Source of the DNA: an uncultured delta proteobacterium
Lineage (GTDB): Bacteria; Desulfobacterota; Binatia; UBA9968
Direction of reading: 5' to 3'
DNA length: 64,000 nt
Assembly (NCBI GenBank): GCA_963745835.1
Contig: CAVUZH010000003.1
Span: 64,001-128,000, forward strand
The number at the start of each line of letters is the position of its first letter. Position 1 is the stretch's first letter. Below, piece by piece: positions 8,945-19,730 of this stretch. The translations under genes were made by a program, and so were the position numbers. The notes below the pieces were generated by a model that was given only the letters and a program-made list of their open reading frames with translations, did no database searches and had not been told where the DNA came from.

Positions 8945-10672
8945 ATGCCGACTCCTCAAATCGGGACGCTCGATCGGGCCAGCGATAACGGTTGGTCTGC
9001 CTTTCGGCTCAAAGATCCCACCTTTCCAGTTTGGATCGGCGCGGCGCTTCTTCTTGTCTTCCTGATGGTGTTGCCGCTGGGCGCGATTTTTCGCGCCAGC
9101 TTGTGGGGTGACACCGGGCTCACATTGAGCAGATATCTCGAGGTCTTTACCGACGAGCAATCTCTTAAGGCGATCTGGAACACCCTTATCATTTCTACCT
9201 GGGTCGGGGTGCTCGCGGTGATCGTCGGCGCTCTGCTCGCTTGGTTGGTGACACGCACCGATCTGCCCTGGAAAAAACCGATCCGCGCGCTGGTCATGGC
9301 CTCGTTCGTGACGCCGCCGTTCCTGGGAGCGTTTGCCTGGACCTTGCTCGCCGGACCCAACGCCGGTGCACTGAACAAGCTCTACCGCGCCGTCACCGGC
9401 TCTGAAGATGCGATCTTTAATATATTTACGATGCCCGGGCTGATTTTCGTCATGGCGCTCTACAGTTTTCCCTACGTTTTTTCCATGATCGCCAATGTAT
9501 GCGAGCTGATCTCCTCTGATCTCGAAGATGCCGCGGAGATTCTCGGCGCGAACAAATGGCGCACGGCTTGGACCGTCACCTTGCCGCTAGCGCTCCCGGC
9601 GCTGATCGGTGGCTTTATCCTGGCTTTTCTTCATTCACTGTCGCTCTTCGGCGCCCCGGCCATACTCGGCTTGCCCGCCGGCTTGCACACGATCACCACA
9701 CAGATATGGACACTGTTTCAATATCCGCCGCGCCTGGACATGGCGGCGGCTTTTTCCGTGCCGCTGCTCTTAGCGACAATGGTACTGATCGTCGCGCAGA
9801 AAAAAATTCTCGGGCGCAAAGGCTATAGCACCGTCGGCGGCAAAGGCGGACAGAAACGGTTGATCCACCTCGGCTGGGGACGTATTCCCGTATTGCTTTT
9901 AGTTTTTGGAATTCTCTCACTTTCGGTTTTCTTGCCCTATTGGATACTGCTCAAGGCGGCGCTCTCCAAAGCGTGGGCGCTGCCTTTAACGTGGGATAAT
10001 TTTACTCTGCACAATCTGTCGTTTACTTTTTTCGAGTACGGCGACACCCAACGGGCGATCTACAATACTTTTAAGCTGGGCCTGATCACGGCCACCGTCG
10101 GCACCCTGTTGGCGACGCTCATCGCCTACATTACCAATCGCAATCTGTTTCGTGGCGCGCGCTATTTGAGCTTTTTCGCGCTGGCGCCGCTGGTCATTCC
10201 CGGCATCGTTTTAGCGGTGGGTCTGTTCATCGCCTACACGCGGCCGCCGCTGGTGCTCTACGGCACCGTATGGATTCTGTTCGTGGCTTTTTTGACCAAA
10301 GAAATGCCTATCGGATTTTCGCAGGCGGAGTCCACCTTCAAGAGCATTCATCCCGAGCTCGAAGATGCTAGCCGGATCATCGGTGCAAACCGGCTGACCA
10401 CGCTGAAGGACATTACCGCGCCGCTGGCGCGCTCCGGACTGATCGCCGCCTGGTCGTTCATCTTTATCGGCGTCATCCGCGAGCTCAGCGCAGCGATTCT
10501 CTTGTTCGCCCCGCAGTCGAAAGTTGTTTCGGTGGTTATCTTCGACCTCAAAGAAGAGGGCCAGATAGGAGTCATTGCTGTTTTAGGAATTCTCTTGCTG
10601 GTGGTGTCCTTCGCGGTGATCATCACCGTCCAACGGCTGGCGGGACGGGACGTGGTGGCGACGCGGGAATAG
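8945..10672 (+). CDS. ABC transporter permease (FbpB-type, two TM domains)
   Basis: 575 aa, multi-TM, two EAA loops (LEDAAEILGA, LEDASRIIGA). Confidence 0.92.
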   Translation: MPTPQIGTLDRASDNGWSAFRLKDPTFPVWIGAALLLVFLMVLPLGAIFRASLWGDTGLTLSRYLEVFTDEQSLKAIWNTLIISTWVGVLAVIVGALLAWLVTRTDLPWKKPIRALVMASFVTPPFLGAFAWTLLAGPNAGALNKLYRAVTGSEDAIFNIFTMPGLIFVMALYSFPYVFSMIANVCELISSDLEDAAEILGANKWRTAWTVTLPLALPALIGGFILAFLHSLSLFGAPAILGLPAGLHTITTQIWTLFQYPPRLDMAAAFSVPLLLATMVLIVAQKKILGRKGYSTVGGKGGQKRLIHLGWGRIPVLLLVFGILSLSVFLPYWILLKAALSKAWALPLTWDNFTLHNLSFTFFEYGDTQRAIYNTFKLGLITATVGTLLATLIAYITNRNLFRGARYLSFFALAPLVIPGIVLAVGLFIAYTRPPLVLYGTVWILFVAFLTKEMPIGFSQAESTFKSIHPELEDASRIIGANRLTTLKDITAPLARSGLIAAWSFIFIGVIRELSAAILLFAPQSKVVSVVIFDLKEEGQIGVIAVLGILLLVVSFAVIITVQRLAGRDVVATRE

Positions 10673-10675
10673 TTC

Positions 10676-11770
10676 ATGGCGATCGTCTCGATACGAGGAC
10701 TCACCAAAAAGTTTACCGACGCGGCCGCCGTCGACGATCTTCATTTGGAAATCGGCGATGGCGAATTCGTCTCGCTGCTCGGTCCGTCCGGTTGCGGAAA
10801 GACCACGACGCTTCGTTTGATCGCCGGATTTCTGCAACCGGATGCTGGGGAAATTTGCGTCGGCGGCGCAGTCATCTCCTCGCCATTCCAAATGGTGCCG
10901 CCGGAGCGGCGCAACATGTCGATGATTTTTCAAAGTTACGCCGTCTGGCCGCACATGACAGTGGCGCAAAACATTGCCTACGGACTCAAGTTTAAAAAAC
11001 TCAGCAAGCAGCAAATCGACGCGAAAGTCACCAAATTGCTCGGCGTCGTGCACTTGTCGGAGTTGAAAGACCGCTATTCCGCCGAGCTCTCCGGCGGACA
11101 GCAGCAGCGTGTGGCGCTGGCGCGGGCGCTGGTTGTCGAGCCGCAAATCTTACTAATGGACGAGCCGTTGAGCAATTTGGATGCGAATCTGCGCGAAGAG
11201 ATGCGCTTCGAGATCCGGCGGCTGCACGAAGAATTCGGTATCACGACAGTTTACGTGACTCATGATCAAGCCGAGGCGATGGCCACATCCGACCGGGTCG
11301 CCGTGCTCAATCACGGTCGAATGGTCCAAGTCGGGCGGCCGGCTGAAATCTTCGACTGTCCCAAAACCCGGTTTGTGGCGGAATTCGTCGGCAAAGCCAA
11401 TATTCTCTCCGGCCGACTCGATGGTGACAATCGAATGCAAATAGCCGAGGGACTGGCAATTGGCGTGATGCCTAATCCGGATCTCGCTTTAAAGACGGGA
11501 GAAGCCTCGGTTTGTTTGCGGCCACACAACATCGTGCTGACCGCTGCTCAATCGGAAGCAGAGACCCTTGCGCGTCAGGATTATAATATGTTCTCGGGTG
11601 TGGTTCAGCGAAGAATATACTTCGGCGAGAGTGCTGACTACACCATCGATCTCGCTCCGTATCCATTCACGCTACGCGTCGTCGGCTCACCATCTAAGCT
11701 TTATGACAAGGGCCAAAAGATTTTCGCATTGGCACGGCCCGAACACTGCGTTGTTGTAAGTAATCATTAA
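10676..11770 (+). CDS. ABC transporter ATP-binding protein (PotA/FbpC-like)
   Basis: GPSGCGKTT, LSGGQQQR, LLMDEP, VTHDQ. Confidence 0.95.
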   Translation: MAIVSIRGLTKKFTDAAAVDDLHLEIGDGEFVSLLGPSGCGKTTTLRLIAGFLQPDAGEICVGGAVISSPFQMVPPERRNMSMIFQSYAVWPHMTVAQNIAYGLKFKKLSKQQIDAKVTKLLGVVHLSELKDRYSAELSGGQQQRVALARALVVEPQILLMDEPLSNLDANLREEMRFEIRRLHEEFGITTVYVTHDQAEAMATSDRVAVLNHGRMVQVGRPAEIFDCPKTRFVAEFVGKANILSGRLDGDNRMQIAEGLAIGVMPNPDLALKTGEASVCLRPHNIVLTAAQSEAETLARQDYNMFSGVVQRRIYFGESADYTIDLAPYPFTLRVVGSPSKLYDKGQKIFALARPEHCVVVSNH

Positions 11771-11990
11771 GCGACCCGAAACAACCCAGACGGTCCATTT
11801 TCCTGTTCTCTTGATCCAATTATTTTCGGCTGTTATACGCTACAATACGTCACCTAGGCGATTCGAGTCCTGCCCAGCATCGTCGCCCGGCCCGGCTATT
11901 TAGCAGCGGTAATTTAAATGCATTTTAGCGCGGACGGGTTAACCTGAGGTAAATCCTAGGATCAGTTTTGACAGTGAGGAATATCAATAC

Positions 11991-13235
11991 ATGGCTGATT
12001 ATGTAAAAGAGCATTACGACTTTCCCTTGACTCAGAAGAGCGAGAATAAGCCGCTAACAGGCGTGCGCGTGATCGATGCCGGCAATATGGTTGCGGCGCC
12101 GTTTGCGACCGTCTTGCTCGCTGACTTTGGCGCCGATGTCATTAAGATCGAGCATCCCAAATATGGCGACGGCCAGCGCAAGCTCGAACCGATCATGAAC
12201 GGCATTCCGCTGTGGTGGAAGGCGGTGGCGCGCAACAAGCGCTGCATCACCCTGGATCTGGGCAAGCCGCAGGGCGCGGAAATCTTCAAACAACTGATCA
12301 AAGGCAAGGATGTAATTGTCGAAAATTACCGGCCCGGGACTTTCGAAAAGTGGGGAATCGGTCCGGATATCATACGCGGCATCGACCCGCGAATTATTCT
12401 GCTGCGCATCTCCGGATTCGGTCAGACCGGACCTTACAAAAATCGCGCCGGATTCGGCCGCGTCGCTGAGGCCATGAGCGGCTTGACCAACTTGATCGGC
12501 GAGCCGGACGGGCCGCCGATGTCGCCGGGCTATCCGCTTGGCGATTTGATTGCGGGGATATTCGGATCGTTATCGATCATGATGGCGCTGTATCATCGCG
12601 ATCTCCACGGCGGCCAAGGGCAGGTGATCGATCTCGGACTTTTCGAAGCGGTCTTTCGTTTCTTGGATTTCGATCCGATTCAGTATGACCAGACGAAGAC
12701 GGTACACATGCGCACCGGCAATCGGGTTGCTTACGTGGCGCCCAGCTCGATGTTCAAGACCAAAGACGGCAAATATCTGACCCTGGCGGCGAGCACGCAG
12801 AATGTCTGGGAGCGGCTTGCCGATGCGATCGGGCGCAAGGATCTGATCACCGATCCCAAGTTCATCGACAATTCAGCACGGGTGGAAAACTCGATCGAAT
12901 GCAACGGCATCGTCGGCGCATGGATCGGACAGCAGACGCGCGACGAGGTGATCGAGCACTTCGATAAATTCGGGGTGGCCTACTCGGCAGTCTTCGACAT
13001 GGAAGATGCTTTCCGCGACCTCCAATATCGCGCGCGCGAAGCGATGGTGCGGGTGCCCGACCCGGACCTCGGCGAAGCTATCGTGCAGAACGTGGTGCCC
13101 AAGTTTTCTGCGACACCGGGTTCAGTAGACTTTCTTGGCGCCAAGATGGGCGCGCATAATGAAGAGATTTATGGCAGCGAGCTTGGCTTATCCAAAGAGC
13201 GCTTGAAGGAACTTAAAGACGCAGGGGTTATTTAG
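11991..13235 (+). CDS. CoA transferase family III (CaiB/BaiF)
   Basis: PLTGVRVID, ADFGADVIKIE, ARNKR, ENYRPG, GFGQTGP, LGD motifs. Confidence 0.93.
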   Translation: MADYVKEHYDFPLTQKSENKPLTGVRVIDAGNMVAAPFATVLLADFGADVIKIEHPKYGDGQRKLEPIMNGIPLWWKAVARNKRCITLDLGKPQGAEIFKQLIKGKDVIVENYRPGTFEKWGIGPDIIRGIDPRIILLRISGFGQTGPYKNRAGFGRVAEAMSGLTNLIGEPDGPPMSPGYPLGDLIAGIFGSLSIMMALYHRDLHGGQGQVIDLGLFEAVFRFLDFDPIQYDQTKTVHMRTGNRVAYVAPSSMFKTKDGKYLTLAASTQNVWERLADAIGRKDLITDPKFIDNSARVENSIECNGIVGAWIGQQTRDEVIEHFDKFGVAYSAVFDMEDAFRDLQYRAREAMVRVPDPDLGEAIVQNVVPKFSATPGSVDFLGAKMGAHNEEIYGSELGLSKERLKELKDAGVI

Positions 13236-13432
13236 TCCTCCGTGACCCGTCGCGATATCAGCAGGGCGACATCGCTGTCGTCTGGTGGTAAGGACGATTC
13301 CACAAGAGTTTCCAACGAGCAACAGCGAGTCAAACTTTTAAATCCGCCTGAATAACGAAAATGCGCTGTCAATATTTACTGTCGTGCTTGCGCGGCAGGC
13401 TTTGACGACCTCGATGGCATACGCCGCAAATC

Positions 13433-14207
13433 GTGAATCATCTCCTCGAACTCCTCACCCAGGGTACTAATCTTTCGCCGGCCGGATTTTTAGTTCTTTG
13501 CGGCGTGTCTTTTTTTTGGCAGCGTTATTGCCGGCGCATTAGGACTTGGCGGCGGTGTGTTGGTTCTTGCGACCATGGCGAATCTTCTATCACCGACGGT
13601 GTTGGTGCCGATTCACGGCGTGGTGCAGCTTGCTTCAAACCTAAGCCGGGCGGTTTTAAGCTGGCGTCAAACTTTGATGTCGATTGTGGCGCCGTTTTTA
13701 ATCGGCTCGATCGTCGGCGCTGCTCTCGGAGCTCAACTTGTGGTCGCGCTGCCGAAGTATTTGCTGCAGATCGTTATCGCGGTTTTCATTTTAGCCTCGA
13801 CCTGGGCGCCGAAGTTCCAAAGTGCTTCCACCAGCGGGATCAAATTTTTCATCGTCGGCGTGATCACCACCATCGTGACAATGTTCGTAGGCGGGACCGG
13901 TGTGTTGGTGGGAGCGTTTGTCGCTCCGGCATGCCATGGGCGTCACCAGTTCGTCAGCACACACTCTGTGGTGATGACGATCCAGCATGGTCTAAAGATC
14001 GTGAGCTTTGCGGCGCTCGGTTTTGCCTTTGGTCCTTACATCCCGCTGCTGGTCGGACTCGTCCTGTGCAGTTTCATTGGCAGTTATGCCGGTAAGCTGG
14101 CGCTCAATCGCCTCCCTGAGCGGATTTTTCGCATCGCTCTCAAGACGACTCTGACAATTCTCAGCTTGCAGTTGTTCTATACTGCGCTGAGTCAACTTAT
14201 TGCCTGA
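13433..14207 (+). pseudogene. Sulfite exporter TauE/SafE family protein with a +1 frameshift in a T8 run
   Basis: GTG start; removing one T from 13510-13517 gives GVSFFGSVIAGALGLGGGVLVL continuous with the 13557..14207 frame. Confidence 0.78.
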
Positions 14208-14432
14208 TGAATGCTTGAAAAGAGCTCACATAGTAAGGCCGAGTGCTTTTACTGAGTGCAGACCTGTGCCTGGATCCTTATTAGCCGGACGACTTGAGCT
14301 TAGATTGATATCTGCGGTCAAGAGAAGACCTTACGGCAGAGGGCGAAGGACGCGCAGGGGAGGAGGAATTATCCCGCCACGCTCTTTGTCCTTCTGCGTT
14401 TAATCCCTGCCGGACACTTTTGTGTACATTGC

Positions 14433-15476
14433 TCAAATGAGGGGTCGAATTTCTGCGGGCACCACCGGCACCGTAATCTTTGCGGAACGCCGGAGGATCG
14501 TCAGTGCGCTTTCGACGCCGATCTTTTCGTCCGTCAAGTGTGTGTGCAAATCATCCACGCCCTTGATTGCTTCGCCATCCATCGCAATGATCACGTCTCC
14601 TTCCAAGAGTCCTGCCTTTTGTGCGGGGCTGTCTTTCTCCGCCGACAAAACCAGCACGCCGCTCGCTGTCGCCATGCTTAACTGACGCGCGAGCGAACGA
14701 GCAATAGTGACATTTTGCCCGGCGACTCCCAAGAAACTCCGTCGTACCCGGCCATCGCGGATCAAACGGGCAGCAACAAATTTTGCGGTGTTGACAGCGA
14801 TGGCAAAGCAGATGCCTTGAGCCGGCAGAATAATCGCTGTATTGACGCCGATCACTTCTCCCCGAGAGCTCACTAGCGGCCCGCCGGAATTTCCTGGGTT
14901 GAGCGCGGCGTCAGTCTGGATCACATCGTCGATCAGCCGTCCCGAATTCGAGCGCAGCGATCGCCCCATCGCGCTCACCACCCCTGCCGTAACGGTGCAT
15001 TGAAAGCCGTAGGGATTGCCCACGGCGACAGCAAGCTGGCCGACTCGTATGCTGTTGGAATCGCCGAGTTGGGCAGCTGCAAGATTCGGCGCATCAATTC
15101 GGATCACCGCCAAATCAGTATCAGGATCATCTCCGATCAGACGCGCCGGATAGCGCCGGCCGTCGGAGAGCGCTACATCGATGCGCTCGGCACGATGGAC
15201 CACGTGGCTATTGGTCAGGATGAATCCATCCGGCGTAAAGATAAAACCCGATCCGCTTCCTGTCAGCGGATTCGGTCCGCGTGAACGATTTCGTGCAGGA
15301 TCAGCGGCCTTATGTTGGATGTCTATATTGACTACCGAAGGGCTGATTTTTTCTGCTGTCTCAATGACCGCGACGGAGTAGGCATCGAGTAAAGCGGCAT
15401 CATCCATACGCGGACGGCTTGCTGCCTCCGTTGCGTTGAAATTTTCGTTGGAGACAAGATGCAATACAGGCTTCAT
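14433..15476 (-). CDS. HtrA/DegP-family trypsin-like serine protease with PDZ domain
   Basis: GSGSGF, TNSHV, DTDLAV, NPGNSGGPL, C-terminal PDZ (SPAQKAGL..GDVI); no evident signal peptide; AGGA RBS. Confidence 0.92.
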   Translation of the reverse strand: MKPVLHLVSNENFNATEAASRPRMDDAALLDAYSVAVIETAEKISPSVVNIDIQHKAADPARNRSRGPNPLTGSGSGFIFTPDGFILTNSHVVHRAERIDVALSDGRRYPARLIGDDPDTDLAVIRIDAPNLAAAQLGDSNSIRVGQLAVAVGNPYGFQCTVTAGVVSAMGRSLRSNSGRLIDDVIQTDAALNPGNSGGPLVSSRGEVIGVNTAIILPAQGICFAIAVNTAKFVAARLIRDGRVRRSFLGVAGQNVTIARSLARQLSMATASGVLVLSAEKDSPAQKAGLLEGDVIIAMDGEAIKGVDDLHTHLTDEKIGVESALTILRRSAKITVPVVPAEIRPLI

Positions 15477-16006
15477 GGTTTCCTTTCGCGTATAAACCAA
15501 GGAAATTTAAGTACGCGTGACGGCTTTGTAAAGGCCGGACGTGAGTGACCGTTGTGTCTGCGAATTTCTCGCGGGGGAACCTGATACGAAACTTTTCTGT
15601 AGGACTGATGGTTCACGGATGGGAACCTCGGAATGGAGAGGTGGTATTTTGTCAGCGGGGTTGAAAACCATCAGATGGAGGGGAAGTCCCTGATTATCAT
15701 GTTTTTAAAGAGATCGCGTTAATTCAGGAGAGTAGTTAACTGGCAAGGTTCGAAACAGCGGCGCTTTAACCGGCTTACCGCCCCGATCAAGCTAAAATCG
15801 GGGGTAGGCCGATAACCAAGCGCCAAGCAGAAATCGGCTCAAGCTCGCTGAGCCAGCTCGCGCGGCTGAGCCGATTGTGGATGATTAAAAGAAGAATATC
15901 CTAAAATTACACATTCTCAGCGGTTCCCACCTGTTGTAGGGCGCCCCTGCGTAAATGTCGATCTGTGGGAGTTTCCAAGCAATTGTGCTGTGTGCTGATC
16001 TTTTTC

Positions 16007-16035
16007 TTGACGCTTGCTGCTATATGGGGTACAAA
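16007..16035 (+). promoter_or_regulatory. Possible sigma-70 promoter
   Basis: TTGACG-17 nt-TACAAA upstream of the ATG at 16072. Confidence 0.4.
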
Positions 16036-16071
16036 CACCGCCAGCTTTTTTTGAGGATAGGGGTCGTTTTG

Positions 16072-16317
16072 ATGTCGCGAAAAATTGCTCGAATCTGCCC
16101 GCGCTGCAACGGTTATTTAGGAGTTACCTTAGGAGAACGGTCACGTAAGTCGATGACGCAAGCGGTCAATGGCTCGTGTCTTGTCTGCAGCCATAAGCTA
16201 ACCTGGACCTTAGTGCATGGATCGCGTCCTACCAAAGGCGATAACTCCGGGCGGATTCCCAAATTATTTGGCCGATTGACGGCTAACCCGCGGATCATAC
16301 CCACCAATAATCAGTAA
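16072..16317 (+). CDS. Small Cys4 zinc-ribbon-like hypothetical protein
   Basis: MSRKIARICPRCNGYLG...GSCLVCSHKLTW; two CxxC motifs; purine-rich RBS and promoter-like element upstream. Confidence 0.6.
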   Translation: MSRKIARICPRCNGYLGVTLGERSRKSMTQAVNGSCLVCSHKLTWTLVHGSRPTKGDNSGRIPKLFGRLTANPRIIPTNNQ

Positions 16318-16428
16318 ATCGCCTAATACGGCAATCCTTTCGGGGCACGACGTTTTAGCATCGTGCTCGCCTTAACATCGCGCAAGTAAGCTGTGTTTTA
16401 ACGCTCGTAACCAGCATGGGCCTATGAC

Positions 16429-17325
16429 TTAACGTGAGGAGCTTGGGGTCGTGGAGCTCATTTGATTAGCTTCATCAAGTGGAACCTCGAAAGTATACTC
16501 CTGCCCATGACTTAGATAATGAACTCTGTGTTCAAGCCCCGCCTCCGCTACTTCGCGCTGAAAGTCTGAAAGCGGCGATTTAAAAACATCGTAGTCGTTA
16601 TAGTGAATCGGAATCGCAAGAGCGGGATCGACGATCTGCATCGCATCAACTCCTTGCTTGCCGTCCATCGTGACCATAATGCCAAGTACTCTCGTGCCGC
16701 CCAAATGCAGCAGCCCCAGGTCAATATCCGGATAGCGCCGTGGGATCTCCCGCAGATCATCGATCACCAGGGTGTCACCGCTGATGTAGATCCTGAACAG
16801 AACCTCGTCGGATGATGACTCAAATTCCAGCATGCTTCCCATGACCTCGGGTAGCACCAACTCTGACAGCGGCGGACCATGGCGGCCGGGTAGTGCCGTA
16901 ATCCGGAGACTAACTTCACCTTTGCCGATGGTCATCGACGACCATGTATCCAGTGGATGGGCGTTTGCGAAGCCGCGCTCTCGAAGCTCCTTGGTCGCTT
17001 CGTTCGTGGTCACTATCGGCAGAGCTTTGTCCAGCTCCCGTTCGGCAACCTGATCGAAGTGATCGCCATGAAAATGGGAGAGAACCACCAAGTCCAGGGG
17101 CGGCAGCTGATGGATCTCCATCGCCGGGTTCGTCAATCGTGTGGCGTGCATCCCATAACCGATCGAAACCTGTTCATGCATGTGGATAAAGGTAGGGTCG
17201 GTCAGAATCGTATAGCCCGCATAACGAATCAGAACGGTGGCGTTGCCAATGAAAAAAATCGAGCCCTTGACGATGTCGGCCGCCTCGCCGCCCGGTGTTA
17301 AGCTTAATCGCTTGGAAGTTGCCAT
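16429..17325 (-). CDS. MBL-fold metallo-hydrolase
   Basis: ILTDP, SHFHGDH, GRH, SGDT, PIHY motifs. Confidence 0.9.
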   Translation of the reverse strand: MATSKRLSLTPGGEAADIVKGSIFFIGNATVLIRYAGYTILTDPTFIHMHEQVSIGYGMHATRLTNPAMEIHQLPPLDLVVLSHFHGDHFDQVAERELDKALPIVTTNEATKELRERGFANAHPLDTWSSMTIGKGEVSLRITALPGRHGPPLSELVLPEVMGSMLEFESSSDEVLFRIYISGDTLVIDDLREIPRRYPDIDLGLLHLGGTRVLGIMVTMDGKQGVDAMQIVDPALAIPIHYNDYDVFKSPLSDFQREVAEAGLEHRVHYLSHGQEYTFEVPLDEANQMSSTTPSSSR

Positions 17326-17353
17326 TGCTTGCCCCTCTTCGAAAAGGCGCGGT

Positions 17354-18532
17354 TTACAAATCCGGTTTCAGAACGACTTTTATGCAATCATCCTGCTTGT
17401 TAGTGAACATATCGTACCCATTAGGCGCGTCGTTGAGCGACATCCGATGAGTTATCACGAAACTCGGATCGATCTCGCCTTTTTCGATCCGTTCAAGCAA
17501 TGGCTTCATATATCGCTGAACGTGTGTCTGCCCGGTTTTTAAGGTCAGCGCTTTATTCACGAAAGCGCCAAGCGGGATCTTATCGTCAAACCCTCCGTAG
17601 ACGCCGGGAACCGATACCGTGCCGCCCTTACGGCACGCCAGGATTGCCTGGCGCAGAACGTGTGGGCGATCGCTTTCCAGCATCATTGCCTGTTTGACTC
17701 GATCATACGCACCAATAATCCCCGGCATATGAGCTTCCAAACCGACGGCATCGATGCAGGCATCAGGCCCGATGCCGCCGGTTATTTCCATCAATCTCTC
17801 GTATACGTCATCTTCTTCGTAGTTGATGGTCTCGGCAGCGCCGGCTTTTTCGCTAGCCATGTGGAGCCGTTCCGGAAACCGGTCGATGCCTATGACTCGC
17901 TCGGCGCCCAGCAGGTTGGCACTGGCTATGGCAAATTGACCAACAGGACCGCAACCCCATACCGCAACGGTATCGCCTGGCTGAATATCGCAATTTTCCG
18001 CTGCCATGTATCCGGTGGGAAAAATGTCGGAAAGAAACAAAACCTTTTCATCCGGCAAGCCTTCCGGAATCTTGATAGTGCCGACGTCGGCGAATGGCAC
18101 CCGAGCGTATTCCGCCTGGCCGCCAGCAAAGCCGCCAAGCATATGCGAGTAGCCATAAACTCCGGCGGGGGAATGGCCGAATAATTTTTGAGCGATAGGG
18201 GCGTTTGGGTTGGAGTTCTCGCAGAGGGAGTACATTTGTTTTTGGCAGAAAAAGCAGTTGCCGCAGGAGATCGGAAAGGAAGCGACTACCCGATCGCCGG
18301 TGCTCAGGTTTTTGACCTCGCTGCCGACTTCCATCACCTCGCCCATGAACTCGTGGCCGAGAATATCGCCCTTTTCCATCGTCGGGATGAAGCCGTTGTA
18401 TAGATGCAAGTCGGAGCCGCAAATCGCCGTTGAGGTTATCTTGACAATGGCGTCACGGCGGTTAAGGATCTTTGGGTCGCTTACTTCTTCAACGCGCACA
18501 TCGTGCTTGCTGTACCAGCAATTAGCTTTCAT
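17354..18532 (-). CDS. Zinc-dependent alcohol dehydrogenase (formaldehyde dehydrogenase-like)
   Basis: [36 protein letters not shown]; start MKANCWY after AGGAGG. Confidence 0.92.
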   Translation of the reverse strand: MKANCWYSKHDVRVEEVSDPKILNRRDAIVKITSTAICGSDLHLYNGFIPTMEKGDILGHEFMGEVMEVGSEVKNLSTGDRVVASFPISCGNCFFCQKQMYSLCENSNPNAPIAQKLFGHSPAGVYGYSHMLGGFAGGQAEYARVPFADVGTIKIPEGLPDEKVLFLSDIFPTGYMAAENCDIQPGDTVAVWGCGPVGQFAIASANLLGAERVIGIDRFPERLHMASEKAGAAETINYEEDDVYERLMEITGGIGPDACIDAVGLEAHMPGIIGAYDRVKQAMMLESDRPHVLRQAILACRKGGTVSVPGVYGGFDDKIPLGAFVNKALTLKTGQTHVQRYMKPLLERIEKGEIDPSFVITHRMSLNDAPNGYDMFTNKQDDCIKVVLKPDL

Positions 18533-18554
18533 CGGGTCCTCCTGTTTAGATGGG

Positions 18555-19613
18555 CTAAATCGAAGCCGCGAGACGGCGTCCAGCTCGGTCATATTTCCAG
18601 GAAGTGCTTTGTGAGCGCCCCGCTGGCTGGCCTTCGGTGGTAATAATCTCACCGGTCTCCATCAGTTGCCTGAATCGATGCAAGTTCTCATGCACCTGCT
18701 GTTTAGGTTCCGCCCCTAGCAATTTGGCAACTGTGGCGCCGAGCAAGCCGGCTGGCGGACGGTACTCTATCTCCACACGAACGACCGTGCCTGGTTTCCC
18801 TCGTGCCGGTTCAAATCGTACCGAGCCCGAGTTCTCCACCTCGGAGCCCTCTAACGAACGCCATGCGATGAGCTCATTGGGTCGATCTTCGGTGATTTCG
18901 GCGTCCCACTCGATGCGCTTGCCGGCTGGGCCTTTGGCGACCCAATGCGAACGCTTTTCCCCGGTAATTTGCACCGACTCGAGATCATTCATGAAACGGG
19001 GCAGATTCTGAAACTCATGCCAGAATTGATAAAGTTCTTCGGGAGATCGGTTGATGGTGATGCTCTTCTTTACCTGAACAGAAACGGCACTGTCCTGCGG
19101 TTCCGGCTGACTGCTAAGTTGCTGGCTAGCGCGTAAGTCAAGAACCGTCACGCCAGTAACTGCGGCGGTGGCCGCCGCAACTCTGCGGCGATTTGCATTG
19201 GGCGAAGTAAGGGCCATCACCAGAACCGCTAAATCCATGATGTCGCCGCCGACCCTCGACCAAAGCCAGCCCACTGGCCTCCTGCGGCTAAGAATACCAA
19301 CGCCGCTAGCTAGCTCGCGCATTCCAAGTACACGCAGCAAAGTGCGGTTGTCGTTGACACCGATTAGCTTTGCCAGTCGCCGGGGAGCCGCGATCTCGGC
19401 AAGGCCAAGGCCGAGGCTGAGCCATCCGAGCGCGTGCGCAAGTCTTTCCTCCCGTTCCGCTCTCGATATGCTTTGGTTGCCGTTACTGGTGATGTGAGGA
19501 ACATCGCCATAACCGCTACGTTGAAAACTTCTATTCTCGTCGTAGTCACTTTGCTGCCGTAGGTTGGGCGATGCTTGCTCGCGTTCGGATTCTTGAAACT
19601 CGATATTAGACAT
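18555..19613 (-). CDS. SRPBCC/cyclase-dehydrase family protein
   Basis: [42 protein letters not shown]; GGAGG RBS before ATG 19613. Confidence 0.88.
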   Translation of the reverse strand: MSNIEFQESEREQASPNLRQQSDYDENRSFQRSGYGDVPHITSNGNQSISRAEREERLAHALGWLSLGLGLAEIAAPRRLAKLIGVNDNRTLLRVLGMRELASGVGILSRRRPVGWLWSRVGGDIMDLAVLVMALTSPNANRRRVAAATAAVTGVTVLDLRASQQLSSQPEPQDSAVSVQVKKSITINRSPEELYQFWHEFQNLPRFMNDLESVQITGEKRSHWVAKGPAGKRIEWDAEITEDRPNELIAWRSLEGSEVENSGSVRFEPARGKPGTVVRVEIEYRPPAGLLGATVAKLLGAEPKQQVHENLHRFRQLMETGEIITTEGQPAGRSQSTSWKYDRAGRRLAASI

Positions 19614-19714
19614 GGTTTCCTCCAGATAAAGAATTAGCCAAGCAGTCCAGTAGTCCGCGAACTCGTAAGCTAGAATGTCGGTGCAAGGGATGTTTTGGGA
19701 ACAAAAGCTAATGG

Positions 19715-19730
19715 CGCAAATCATGTGCCA
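19715..19730 (-). promoter_or_regulatory. Sigma-54 (-24/-12) promoter
   Basis: Minus strand TGGCACATGATTTGCG = TGGCAC-N5-TTGC with exact GG-N10-GC spacing, about 100 nt upstream of the SRPBCC-ADH-MBL operon. Confidence 0.7.

Noticed and set aside
14335-14415. Imperfect purine/pyrimidine inverted repeat between convergent tauE and htrA
   Set aside because: It needs many G-U pairs and has no U-tract or recognisable motif; at most a weak terminator.
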